From assembly GCA_951406725.2 (NCBI GenBank), contig OX597832.1, forward strand, positions 52,328,001-52,392,000: DNA of 64,000 nucleotides. Direction: 5' to 3'. Position numbers and translations under genes: made by a program. How positions within the stretch are numbered: the stretch's first letter is position 1; every line of letters begins with the position of its first letter. Below are positions 24,827 to 36,094 of this stretch, one piece after another. A model generated the notes under the pieces. That model saw nothing but the letters and a program-made list of their open reading frames with translations. It did not search any database and was not told where the DNA came from. The stretch comes from Octopus vulgaris (Eukaryota).

Positions 24827-27585
24827 TATATCTTTTCTTAAATCAATGATTAATTAATTGAACGGTAATTACATATAAATTATTCTTTGTACAAGTCTAA
24901 GATAAGGCTGGCAGCATATTATTTCAGCAGTGGAGGTTAGTTATTAGTTTATTTCATCCACTTACCATTAGTTTCTGAGTTCAAATCCTATGAATGGTTA
25001 TTTGGTCTCTTAGAAGGAATGCGATAGCTGAACTTTGTGCTGTTCATAAATAGAGGAACAGAGGTTTGTTCCCTTAAGTTGTATAGGTTTCGTTGAATGC
25101 GCATGGCCTAGTGGTTAGGATGTTGCACTCGTGATCGCAAGATCGAGGTCTCGATTCCTGGACTTGGCAGTGTGTTGTATTCTTACGCGAAACACTTCAT
25201 TTTACTTTGCTCCAATCCCCTCAGTTGTAAGTGATCCACCTTGCAACAGACCGACGTCCCGTTCAGGGCCCTGGTCACTTAAACACAATGGAAACTTAGA
25301 ATCTGGTTCCATGAACCCCAGGACTCGGGACAATACTTATTTCTTACCAATTTCTTCTTACCTCAAGATAATTCATAGACTTCACACATTGCCGAACCAC
25401 TTACATGTAACTAGTGTGTTGTTTCTCAACAGGCGTGGCTGTGTGATAAGTTTGCATCGCGAACACATGGTTCTGCGCTCGGCGCCACTGAGTGGCACCT
25501 TGGGCAAGTCTCTTCTTCTATAGCATAGACTGACCAAAGCTTTGTGAGTTGATTTGGTAGGTAGAAACTGAAAAGAAGCCCGTTGTAATACACATCTATG
25601 TGTGCGGGATTTTGTGCCTATGTTTGTCACCCACCACCTTTTGACAATCGATGTTGGCACGTTTATGTTAGAATAAGTACCAGGCTTAAAAAAATAAGTC
25701 CTGGGGTCGATTCGTTCGACTAAAAATTCTTCAAGGCGCTGCTCCAGCATGGCCGCAGTCTAATGACTGAAACAAGAAAAAAAGATACAAAGCAAAAAAA
25801 AAAAAAAGAAAAAGATGTCTCGTCTCATCTTGTCTTTGAAAATACTTTTATTTAAATTGGCACTCCATCGGTTACGACGACGAATGTTCCAGTTGATCCA
25901 TTCAACAGAACAGCCTGATAGGGAAATTAGGCGCAGGAGTGGCTGTGTGGTAAGTAGCTTGCTTACCATCCACATGGTTCCGGGTTCAGTCCCACTGTGT
26001 GGCACCTTGGGCAAGTGTTTTCTATTATAGCCTCAGGCCGACCAAAGCCTTGTGAGTGGATTTGGTAGATGGAAACTGAAAGAAGCCCGTCGTATGTGTG
26101 TTTGTGTGTCTGTGTTTGTCCCCCCAACATCGCTTGACAACCGATGCGGGTGTGTTTATGTTCCCGTAAATTAGCAGTTCGGCAAAAGATACCGATAGAA
26201 TAAGTACTAGGCTTACAAAGAAAAAGTCCTGGGGTCGATTTGTTCGACTAAAGGCGGTGCTCCAGCATGGCCACAGTTAAATGACTGAAACAAATAAAGA
26301 GTATGCAAGTGGCGGAGCACGCCACAAACAGTCTTACCCTTAATGTAGTTCCCTGGGAGGATTCAGTGTGACACGGAATGTGACAAATGTGACATGGCTG
26401 ACGCTTTGAATTACTGGTACAACTCGTTTTTGCCAGCTGAGTTGGGTGCAGCAACGTGGTGGAGGTGCAATGGCCCAGTGGTTAGGGCAGCAGACTCGCA
26501 TTCGGAGGATCGCGATTTCAATTCCCAGGCCAGGCTTTGTGTGTGTTTATTGAGCAAAAACACCTAAAGCTCCACGATGCTCCGGCAGAGGGTGGTGGCG
26601 ACCCCTGTTGTACTCTTTCACTCCAACTTTCTCTCACTCTTTCTTCCTGTTTCTTATCTCCGACTTCCTACGCAACCGCTGAGCCTGGATGGGCATTCAT
26701 CTATCTGTTGATGCTTTTGGTGTCGGGGGTTGACCTGCTTTCTCATATGCGCGTTTTATGAATAGCAAAGGACCACGTTTCGGACTTCTCCCACTAATGG
26801 TACGAAGACCGCTTCGCTCAACAAACGAACAAACAAACAAGCAGCAATGTGAAATAAAGTGGCTTGCTCGAAGACCCGACTCTCGGCCTTACGATTGTCA
26901 GCCGAATACCCTCCAGGGGATCGGTGAACTTTTATAACCAATTACCCCCAAAATACACCAATTCACTCTGACGTTACCCCCTTGATTTGAAAGGAAGAAA
27001 ATCATAGATTCTCTGAATTCAAAAGGTTTATTGGATCTGTTTTATTGAATCTATATGAATCTGTTTACACGTCCATTACATTGGGCAGATGCAATGTTTT
27101 TTTTATTTATTTTATGCACCCTTTTCAAGCCTAGCCAGGCTCATGGGCCCGGTTTCCCGGTTTCTGTGGCGTATGTGTTCCCCCCAGCTGGACGGGATGC
27201 CAGTCCATCGCAGCGTTACTCAAGAAACAGGAAGAAAGGGTGAGAGAAAGTTGCCACCCCCCCCCTGCCGGAGCCTCGTGGAACTTTGTTTAGGTATTTT
27301 CGCTCAATAAACACACACAACGCCCAATCTGGGAATCGAAACCGCGATCCTCCGACTGCGAGTCCGCTGCCCTAACCATTGGGCCATTGCGCCTCCACAG
27401 ATGCTATATTACTAGAAGAAAAATTTCCGTCATAACAACACGTTTTTTACTTATGTCTAATGAGACCCCATTACCAAGAATTTCATTTTTACCCCACTTG
27501 GGGTAATTTAACCCGGTTTGCCGACCCCTAAGATACATGACGCCTTCATTTCTTTTATTTATTACAAGTTTCAATATCATTTCAG

Positions 27586-27694
27586 GTTACAGTTGTGTCA
27601 ACCGATATCGAGCCTGGAAACATGTCGCCCCAACCAGACGGCACACGAAGTTCATCTCCAGGACAAAAAGTTTGACTTGTTTAGTTATACGACT
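27586..27694 (+). CDS. Argos-like gene exon 3
   Basis: Acceptor CATTTCAG; (K)LQLCQPISSLETCRPNQTAHEVHLQDKKFDLFSYTT; 109 nt, phase 2 to 0; donor ACT|GTAAGT. Confidence 0.75.
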
Positions 27695-27954
27695 GTAAGT
27701 AAACCATTTTAAATCTGTAACACAGCTTTCTATAACACTGGCAGTTATCAATTTGAGATGCAGGCATGGCTGTTTGGTCAAAAAGCTTGTATTGCAACCA
27801 CATGGTTTCTAGTTCAATCCCAATACGCTGGACCTTGGGCAAGTGCCTTTCACTATAGCCCCATGTCGACCAATGCATTCTGCGTAAATTTAGTTGATAA
27901 AAACTGTGTGGAAGCCCATGTTATGCATGCATGTATGTGTATATATGTATGTAT

Positions 27955-28415
27955 GAGAAATCTCGAGTTGCACATGAGAAAGTAAGGAGGGATGTCAGGA
28001 AGGGCATCGCTGTTACACTTCCAGATGGGCAGGGTCTTCCTATGATGCTGACATGCAGTGTCTCTGCAAGACCCTGCCTCAGTAAAGCTGGACTCAAGAG
28101 TCATCTTCGTAGTCATAAAGAGAGACAGATGAGTGTCAACCTGGCCACTGGTGGTGGTGTAACACACCATACTAATCATATCTGTCAGGCATGTGGAAGA
28201 GAGTGTAATTCGGCAGGAGGACTTAAATGACATGCAAAGGTACATGAAGCCCAGTTACAACCACAGCCAGCTATTACCGGTAAAGGTTTTAGTTGCCAAT
28301 TCTGTACAAGACATTGTAGATCTTTAGCTGGGCTAAAAAGTCACAGTCGATCACAGCACCAGTAACAGTTAAGCTTCGTGCAATGGCCATACTCGATAAC
28401 GAGGGGGCAGCCATA
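27955..28415 (+). mobile_element. 3' fragment of an RTE-like LINE with three tandem C2H2-like zinc fingers
   Basis: TCSVSARPCLSKAGLKSHLRSH; ICQACGRECNSAGGLK*HAKVH; SCQFCTRHCRSLAGLKSHSRSQH; short 3' tail; interrupts a SINE. Confidence 0.6.
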
Positions 28416-28837
28416 ACATGTATGTATGTAAGCGTGACCTTGTAACAATAAAATATTTTGGTACAGTTAAGAGATGGAAGAACAGACGTCTGTGAAAAGT
28501 TGTAAACAAAAGCTATTTGTTATCGTTACCAAAAAAAATGTCATCTTTGCAACGAACTATAAAAGATAGATACCGCCACCAAGTTCTACAGTTCGGCAGT
28601 TCGCGTGAGATCTGTATGGTAGCAATGACAGTAGACTGCAACAGTCATTCACTTATGTAGCTGAAGTTGACTGATATAAATTCATGCAGGCATTGGTATT
28701 GGCTGGACTGCGACTGCTGTCATTGTCGTGTAGCCGAAACCGAGTGATGAAGATTCATGTAGCCATTGATTTTCGCTGGGCTGTGATCACTGACATTAGC
28801 AGATAAACAAAATTACACACACACATGCACACACTCA

Positions 28838-28892
<55 letters not shown>

Positions 28893-29391
28893 GAAACAAA
28901 AACGCAACAGAAGGCATTAAAATGTTCGGACAGATAGACGATACAAAGGTGGACAAGAGAAACAACAATTAGAAGGACAGGCAAAAAAAGACGGTTCATT
29001 CTTGGCTTTCTTTCAACAGTCAAGTCCCAGATGTCACGTCACGACCATTTCGGGCAGTTACACTTGAGATGGTTCGATCTGGTTGCCCCCAAAAGACTCT
29101 AAGCTAAGAGCATTAGACGTCAAATAAAAGGTGTCAAAGACAAAATTGTTAATGACATTCATATCTTCAATCTTTGACAGAATCCTTTTTGTATTATTTA
29201 CTTACGTTTTGTGTTTGAAAACAGTGATTCGTTTGGTTCACTTAAAATTGGTGCTTGGAACTCTGTCAAATATTCTTGTTACAAGCTTTAGGCTTTTTTG
29301 AGGGGTGGGGTTACTATAAAACTCGTTTATGTATAAAACATCTCATTTTGTATTACATCTGCAAAATTTATCAAAATTATTTTATCTTCAG

Positions 29392-29514
29392 GTGAAATGC
29401 TTATGCCCTCATCACCTTGAATACCTGCCCGGTCCCTTCAATCGATCAGTGAAATATGGTAATACCAACTTTGTTACAAACCATGTTGTGCACCATTATA
29501 CTTGCAACATTCCG
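29392..29514 (+). CDS. Argos-like gene exon 4
   Basis: Acceptor TTTTATCTTCAG; VKCLCPHHLEYLPGPFNRSVKYGNTNFVTNHVVHHYTCNIP; 123 nt, phase 0 to 0; donor CCG|GTAAGT. Confidence 0.75.
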
Positions 29515-30724
29515 GTAAGTAAGCAAATATTGTTCGTAACCAAATATATTTTGTTGTTGGCTTTAAAATTGTTCTACCCACAGCTGTGTTACTGTTTTTG
29601 TCTTGTTCATTACAAAAGAAACTCTAGTTTATTTTCCTATATTCTGAATTAAAATCCCACGCAGGGTTTCTCCTTTCCAGGATTAATAAAATAGAACCAA
29701 TCGTGTACTGAGACCGCCATCGTTCATTGTATTCCTCTTGAAACAAAAAACTGTGATATTGTATTGTTGGAAAAAACTGCTGTTTTAATTCCAAAATTTT
29801 GAGGCGTGGCTACGTGGTAAGAAGTTTGCTTTTCAACCACGTGGTTCTGAGTTCAGTCCAACAGCGTGGAAAATTAGGCAAGTGTCTTCTACTATAGCCT
29901 TGGGATGACCAACGCCTTGTGAGTGGATTTGGTAGACAGAAACTGAAATAAGTTCATCGTGTGTGTGTGAGACCACCACTTGACAACCGGTGTTAGTGTG
30001 TTAATGTCCTTATACCAGTCTTAAAATATAATAAGTACTGGGATCGATTCGTTCGACTAAAATTCTTAAAGGTGGTACCCTAGCATGACCGTATTCTAAT
30101 GACTGAAAGAAGTAAAAGATCAAAGGTAAAACATAAATGTAGGAATATTTAGAAATATATTTCCACAGACATAGCTGTATGAATAAGAAACTTTCTTTCC
30201 AACCATGCAGTCTTGGGTTTGGTCCCACTGCGTGACACCTTGGGCATCTTCAACGAGAACCCGGGTCTTCACATGCATAAGTAGGCAAGTCCTAACTCAC
30301 TAAGAGTTACAAACCCATTGGCTTACCCTCACCCAGTTTAGCCCACTATTTGAAGCAGTTTACTGGGGTGTAGCTGCTGTTACATGTGAACAGCTACTTG
30401 GAGCCACAGATGAGAGTTAATTGCCATCCCTCATAGTACAATATGTTCCGCATCAAAGGTGCCACCCCTCCTTAACATCCTATGCACCTTGGGATGGTGT
30501 AACCAGGAATACAGTATCAAGTTGTACTACATTCTTTAAGATGTTGCAGAATAATATAATTGAAATTTGCTCACTATTTCAGCTAAATATCATTTGAATA
30601 GCTATATAAAGAGGTTTTCTTTGTTATTGATGACTAGCTGTTGTGGTTTAAACCAAAGTTGGCCTTTATTTTATATATATACATAATAACAAAATAATAA
30701 ATAAAACATATATACATACATATA

Positions 30725-31216
30725 TGTACGTACCTACATCTATATGTATATATACATGCATATATAGGTACAGGACACTAAAAAAACGTCGAACACAATG
30801 AGAAACGAAAACAAAAACAAAACCAAGGAAATGGACATTTTTCTTAAACAACGAAAAAACAGAGTACAAGACATACAACACAAGGAAAATTCCCCTTTTT
30901 CAGCCGCCTCTGTTTCATCTACTCCGCGTTTCAAAGGTAAAGGCGAGACACGACTTTGTTGAAACAGTCCTTCCCGCAAAAGCAAATTAAATAAAATTTG
31001 AGATTTTTTTGCGGAGGGGTAAAAATGGTAACAAAAACAGGACAATAAAAAAATACAAAATATAAACAGTAAAAGATAGGACAAGGAGAATAACAGTAAC
31101 ACGAACATTAAGGGCTGTTGAGCCTGAAGAAAGGAAAAAATATTTTTGTACGTACCTACATCTATATGTATATATACATGCATATATGGGTATAGGACAC
31201 CAAAAAAAACGTCGAA
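30725..31216 (-). mobile_element. ~422-bp monomer with a partial second copy (direct terminal redundancy), in (TA)n
   Basis: 30725-30793 is repeated at 31147-31216; homologous to 15545-15832. Confidence 0.5.
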
Positions 31217-31337
31217 ATATATATATGTGTGTGTGTGTGTGTGCATGTGTATATGTATATATATATATGTATATATATGTATATATATATATGTATATAT
31301 ATATATATGTATATATATATGTATATATATGTATATA

Positions 31338-31384
<47 letters not shown>

Positions 31385-31391
31385 GTATATA

Positions 31392-31439
<48 letters not shown>

Positions 31440-31500
31440 TATATATGTATATATGTATATATATGTATGTATGTATGTATAGATATATATATATATATAT
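31217..31500. repeat. Compound (TA)n/(TG)n/(TATG)n microsatellite
   Basis: Seen directly. Confidence 0.95.
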
Positions 31501-31943
31501 AAATATATCTATCTACATAGTATACGTGTGTATTTATACTATATATGTATACCTATTTGTGTGGTGGTGGGGTGCGAGTTAAAAAATATAGACTACAGTG
31601 ATTTGTGATAAAAAAAAATAAATGCGCCCTTTTAAAGCCTAGCGAGGCTCATATGCCCGGTTTCCCGGTTTCTATGGCGTATGTGTTCCCCAGCTGGGCG
31701 GAACGCCAGTCCATCGCAGCGTTACTCATTTTTGCCAGCTGAGTGAACTGGAGCAACGTGAAATGAAGTGTTTTGCTCAAGAACACAATGCATTGCCCGG
31801 TCCGGGAATCGAAACCACAATTTTATGATCATGATGCTGATACCCCTAACCACTAAGCCACGCGCCTCCACACAGAGATTCATAAATAGAAAATATGCTT
31901 ATTTGTTTGCAAACTTTCATTTTTTATTTCTTCTCATTTTCAG

Positions 31944-31958
31944 AATAATGGAAATTAA
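31944..31958 (+). CDS. Candidate short terminal exon of the Argos-like gene (NNGN-stop)
   Basis: Strong acceptor TTTCTTCTCATTTTCAG, phase 0 gives a stop after 4 codons, AATAAA at ~32124. No homology support. Confidence 0.25.
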   Translation, partial: NNGN

Positions 31959-32169
31959 ATATGTTGGACAATTGAAAGCTTTATGGTGGAAAATAAGTTG
32001 ACCAATCACTAAAGGATAACCAATATTATGACACGAAAATATCCGAAAAGAAAATTTTAGTATATATGCATCGTTTGATTAGAATCTGTGAAATATTCCG
32101 ATGATCAGATTATTCTCTATGAAAATAAAATATTTCTAATACATCATGGTTGTCCCTTTTTTTTTTTTT

Positions 32170-32592
32170 GGATCTTTTCGGTTTGAACGGTAGTTTTTTC
32201 TAGCAGTGTGATATGAAATTGTCACCCACAATTGTGACCCTAATATCGAACTATTGCATTTCAATGTTTTAGGGTTAGGGTTAGTTAGAGTTAGGGGTGG
32301 GGGGAAGGGTATCTTTTTTTCTTCAGAAATGTAAATAAACTCAATCTGTTTCTTAAACGAGGGACATATTCATACGGCACAGAATGTTTTCACCTCAATA
32401 GGCGTCATTGATTGGTTGAAATTGCAGAAATTTAAGAAAAAAACAACAAATATCTTACAAACTATAGAATTTTCTCAATAAAGCCAAGAGAAAAAGATAT
32501 TTTATAAACACATTCTACCAGTATACAAAGTTTAAAAGTGTTTAGTTACGTGGAAATTATTTTAAAAACTTCCATTCAAACCGAAAAGCTCC
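32170..32592 (-). mobile_element. MITE family 1 copy
   Basis: Both TIRs, inserted in a poly-T run. Confidence 0.85.
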
Positions 32593-32597
32593 TTTTT

Positions 32598-32628
<31 letters not shown>

Positions 32629-32635
32629 TAATAAT

Positions 32636-33028
32636 TGTGTACAGTGCTCAGGTGCACTACAACTCATCTAAAGTGTATATATAATCAGGTGTAGTTTCGG
32701 CGGATTTTGGAAAGCATGAGGGCCTTAAAGGATGCAGTGTCATGGCAGTCAACAACTGACGCAGGCAGTTTATTCCATGCTTCAGCAACTCTGAGCGTGA
32801 AAAAATGTTTCCGAAAGTCATGGGAGCTGTGTTGTTTTCTGACTTTGTAGGCATGTCCACGTGTGTTGGACACATGGAGATCAAAAAGGTGTTCAGTGTT
32901 GTTGTTGGTGATGTGGTTGATAACTTTGTGGGTATTTACCAAGTCTGTCGCCAGACGCCGGAGCTTCAGTGAATCCATGCCCAGGGAAACAAGGCGCTCA
33001 GAATATGGTAGGTGTCTGATGGAGGGTA
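32636..33028 (-). mobile_element. CR1-clade LINE 3' end
   Basis: DSLKLRRLATDL...TRGHAYKV...FFTLRVAEAWNKLP is the typical CR1 ORF2 C-terminus; (ATT)n tail. Confidence 0.85.
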
Positions 33029-35264
33029 TTACTTGTTTCAGTCATTGGACTGTAGCCATACTGGGGTACCGCCTTAAAGGGTTTAGTCGAACAAATCGAC
33101 CCCAGGACTTATTTTTTAAAGTCTGGTGTTTATTGTATTAGTCTTTTTGTTGAATTGCTCAATTTCATGGACATAAATAAACCAACACCAGCTGTCGAGT
33201 GGTGATAGGGAGACAAATAAAAACACAAACACATGCACGCATATACATGATGGGAGATAGTTACATAATTTCCATCTTCCAAATTCACCGCCAGGGCATT
33301 GGTCAGTCTGGTACTATATTCGAAGACACATGTCCAAGGTACCATGCTGTGGGACTGAACCCAAAACCACGTGGTTGCAATGTAAACTTCTTAACCACAC
33401 AGCCATGCCTACTAAGATGCCTTAAAAAGTCTGCTGTTGTTTGTCAACAAGAACTTCCGGTGGTGTATACATCATCATCATCATCATCATTATCATCGTT
33501 TAACGTCCGCTTTCCATGCTAGCATGAGTTGGACGGTTCAACTGGGGTCGGGGAAGCCCGAAGGCTGCACCAGGCTCCAGTCAGATCTGGCAGTGTTTCT
33601 ACAGCTGGATGCCGCCCTTCCTAATGCCAACCACTCCGTGAGTGTAGTGGGTGCTTTTTACGTGCCACTGACACAGGTGCCAGACATCAATTATACAAAT
33701 AATGTGAAAGGTGTATATGTGTCTGTCTGTGTGTGGGAGAGAGAAAGAAAGAGGAGAAAAGAGAAAAAGAGAAAGAAAAGCAAGAGAGAGTGTATGTGTA
33801 TGTGTGTGTGTGTCCAGTCAGAAACAGACTATGTACAAGCAGGGAAGACCAATACGGTTGGCTACTTTTTGATTCACCTCATGCATTAGCCAAAAGTAGC
33901 AATGATGCAAGAAGGTAGGAAAGTAACAATGGCACCAGTCCCACCTGCTATGAACTACTGTGGCACCTGGCACTTCTTTCTCACTTGGTTTTTTTTTAAA
34001 GTTTGAAGGAAATACCAAAAATGTTGAGTTTCATCTTGGCGCTGGATCTGCCTCTTTCACAACAAATCTGGAGACACGGGGGAAATGCACACTTCCAGTA
34101 CCACTATAACGTTTCAGTATATATATAAAGTTGGTCCCTTGCTGAACCGCTAAGTTACAAGGACGTATACACACCAACATCGGTTGTCAAGCGATGGTGG
34201 GGGGTACAAACACAGACACACTAACATACACACACACACATATATATATGACGGGCTTCTTTCACATCATCAGTCTTAGATCTGTAATATGTATGTATGT
34301 ATGAGTTTGTGTATCTTTGTGTTGTGTTTGTCCCCCACCACCACCATCACCACTTGACAACCAGTGTTGGTTTGTTTACGTCCTTGTAACTTAGAGTTTC
34401 GGTAAAAAAAAAGACTGTTACAATAAGTACCAGATTTAGAAATTAAGTTCTGGTGTCGATCTGTTCGACTAAACCCTTCAAGGTGGTGCCCCAGAATTGC
34501 CACAATTTAATGATTGCAATAAGTAAAAAAAAGAAAGAAAGAAAGAAAAAGGATCTTTTCACTTTGACCAACAGATTTTTAAAATAATTTCTTTGTAACT
34601 AAACACTTTTAAACTTCGTATACTGGTAGAATGTGTTACATAAAACATATTTTTCTCTTGGCTTTCTTGAGAAAATTCTGTAGTTTGTAAGCTATTTGTT
34701 GTTTAATTTCTTGCATTTCGGCAATTTCAACCAATCAATGACGTCTATTGAGGTGAATACAATTTCTGCGGTCCTAGCTCAACGCCATTAATTTAAGCAG
34801 ATTATGCAATGCCATAGCCACAAACTGTATGCTGGGATTAGTTATTTTCGTTGGGGAGGATATTACTTTAGAGAGATTGTGAAACTTATCTTTTTTAAAA
34901 GTGTAGTGATCCTATACAACGGCGCGCGCTCGCGCACCGTCCATTTGTATTTCGCGCGTGCGGGGTTGGTGCTTTCACCACCGGAAGAAGAACCCTTTTG
35001 CCTACGTAGCAGTTAGCCGAGGCAAGGGGATCGTAAGACGTTGACCACCAGCGTCCAGCAAGCAGCGACTGAAGGCGACGGTCACGTATATTTTTTCTCC
35101 GTCCGAACTTGATTCTAGCAGCACCTTACCAAAAGGCCTTTAACCAAATTGTTGAAGACCACATCTTCTCCCTGTTCCGGACGCCATCTTTGACCAGTGT
35201 CGTTTTGCATTTGAACACTTTCTTATTTTACAGCGATAAGGTTCAGCACTGACACATTTATACC

Positions 35265-35878
35265 TGTAAAGAACTTGGAGTGTGTGAATATATCTTCTCT
35301 TGTACTTTCGGGGTACAAGAGGCAATCACTATCCGTTGCTTTAACAATCCAGATCTCTACCAGTCAGAAACAACAAGACGCAGACGTAAATAATATATAT
35401 ACTACTTTATTCTCTAATGTGGTAACAGTAACAATAAGTGGTTATCTGATGTCCTTGGTTCTGGGCGCGCAAGGCTGAAAGTTAATCGATTGTAATATTT
35501 ACAATGTTCAGCCGCAAAAAACAGTACGGGTTAAAGATGGCGTCCGGAGGAAGAAGATGAGGTCTGCAACAATTTGGTTAAAGGCCTTTTGGTATGGTGC
35601 TGCTAGAATCTAGTCCGGACGGAGAGAAAATATGCGTGACCGTCGCCTTCAGTCGCTGCTGTCTCAAGTCGCCGCTGACTGTGGTTAGTGGTCAAACGTT
35701 CTACGACCCCCTTGCCTTGGCTAACTACCACGTAGGCAAAAGGGTCGTGCTTCCGGTGGTTCGCGCATGCGCGAGAGGGCCCTTCCTTTCTGTGCCTTGG
35801 TGAAGGCACCAACACTCGCACGCGCGAAATAGAAAATGGACGGTGCGCGCGCGCGCGCCGTTGTATAGGATCACTACA
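35265..35878 (-). mobile_element. Solo LTR of a related subfamily inserted antisense into the 5' LTR
   Basis: Minus strand TGTAGTGATCC...TTTACA, 614 bp. TSD TACC at 35261-35264 and 35879-35882; the 3' LTR has a single TACC at the homologous site. Confidence 0.92.
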
Positions 35879-36074
35879 TACCAAAGGGATACCAGATAAC
35901 CACTTATTGTTACTGTTACCACATTAGAGAATAAAGTAGTATATATATCTTTTACGTCTGCGTCTTGTTGTTTCTGACTGGTAGAATTCTGGATTATTAA
36001 ATCAACGGAAAGTGATTGTTTCTCGCTCCCCCAAAAGGTCCAGAGAAGATATACACACACTAAGTTCGTTACAC

Positions 36075-36094
36075 TGGTGACCCCCGACGTGATT
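36075..36094 (+). promoter_or_regulatory. Primer-binding site complementary to the tRNA-Trp 3' end
   Basis: TGGTGACCCC(C)GACGTGATT versus the reverse complement of tRNA-Trp ...ATCACGTCGGGGTCACCA, with one extra C. Confidence 0.8.

Noticed and set aside
31146-31582. IY/YM-rich ORFs (also near 15.2 kb, 23.3 kb, 56.8 kb)
   Set aside because: (TA)n/(TG)n microsatellite translations.
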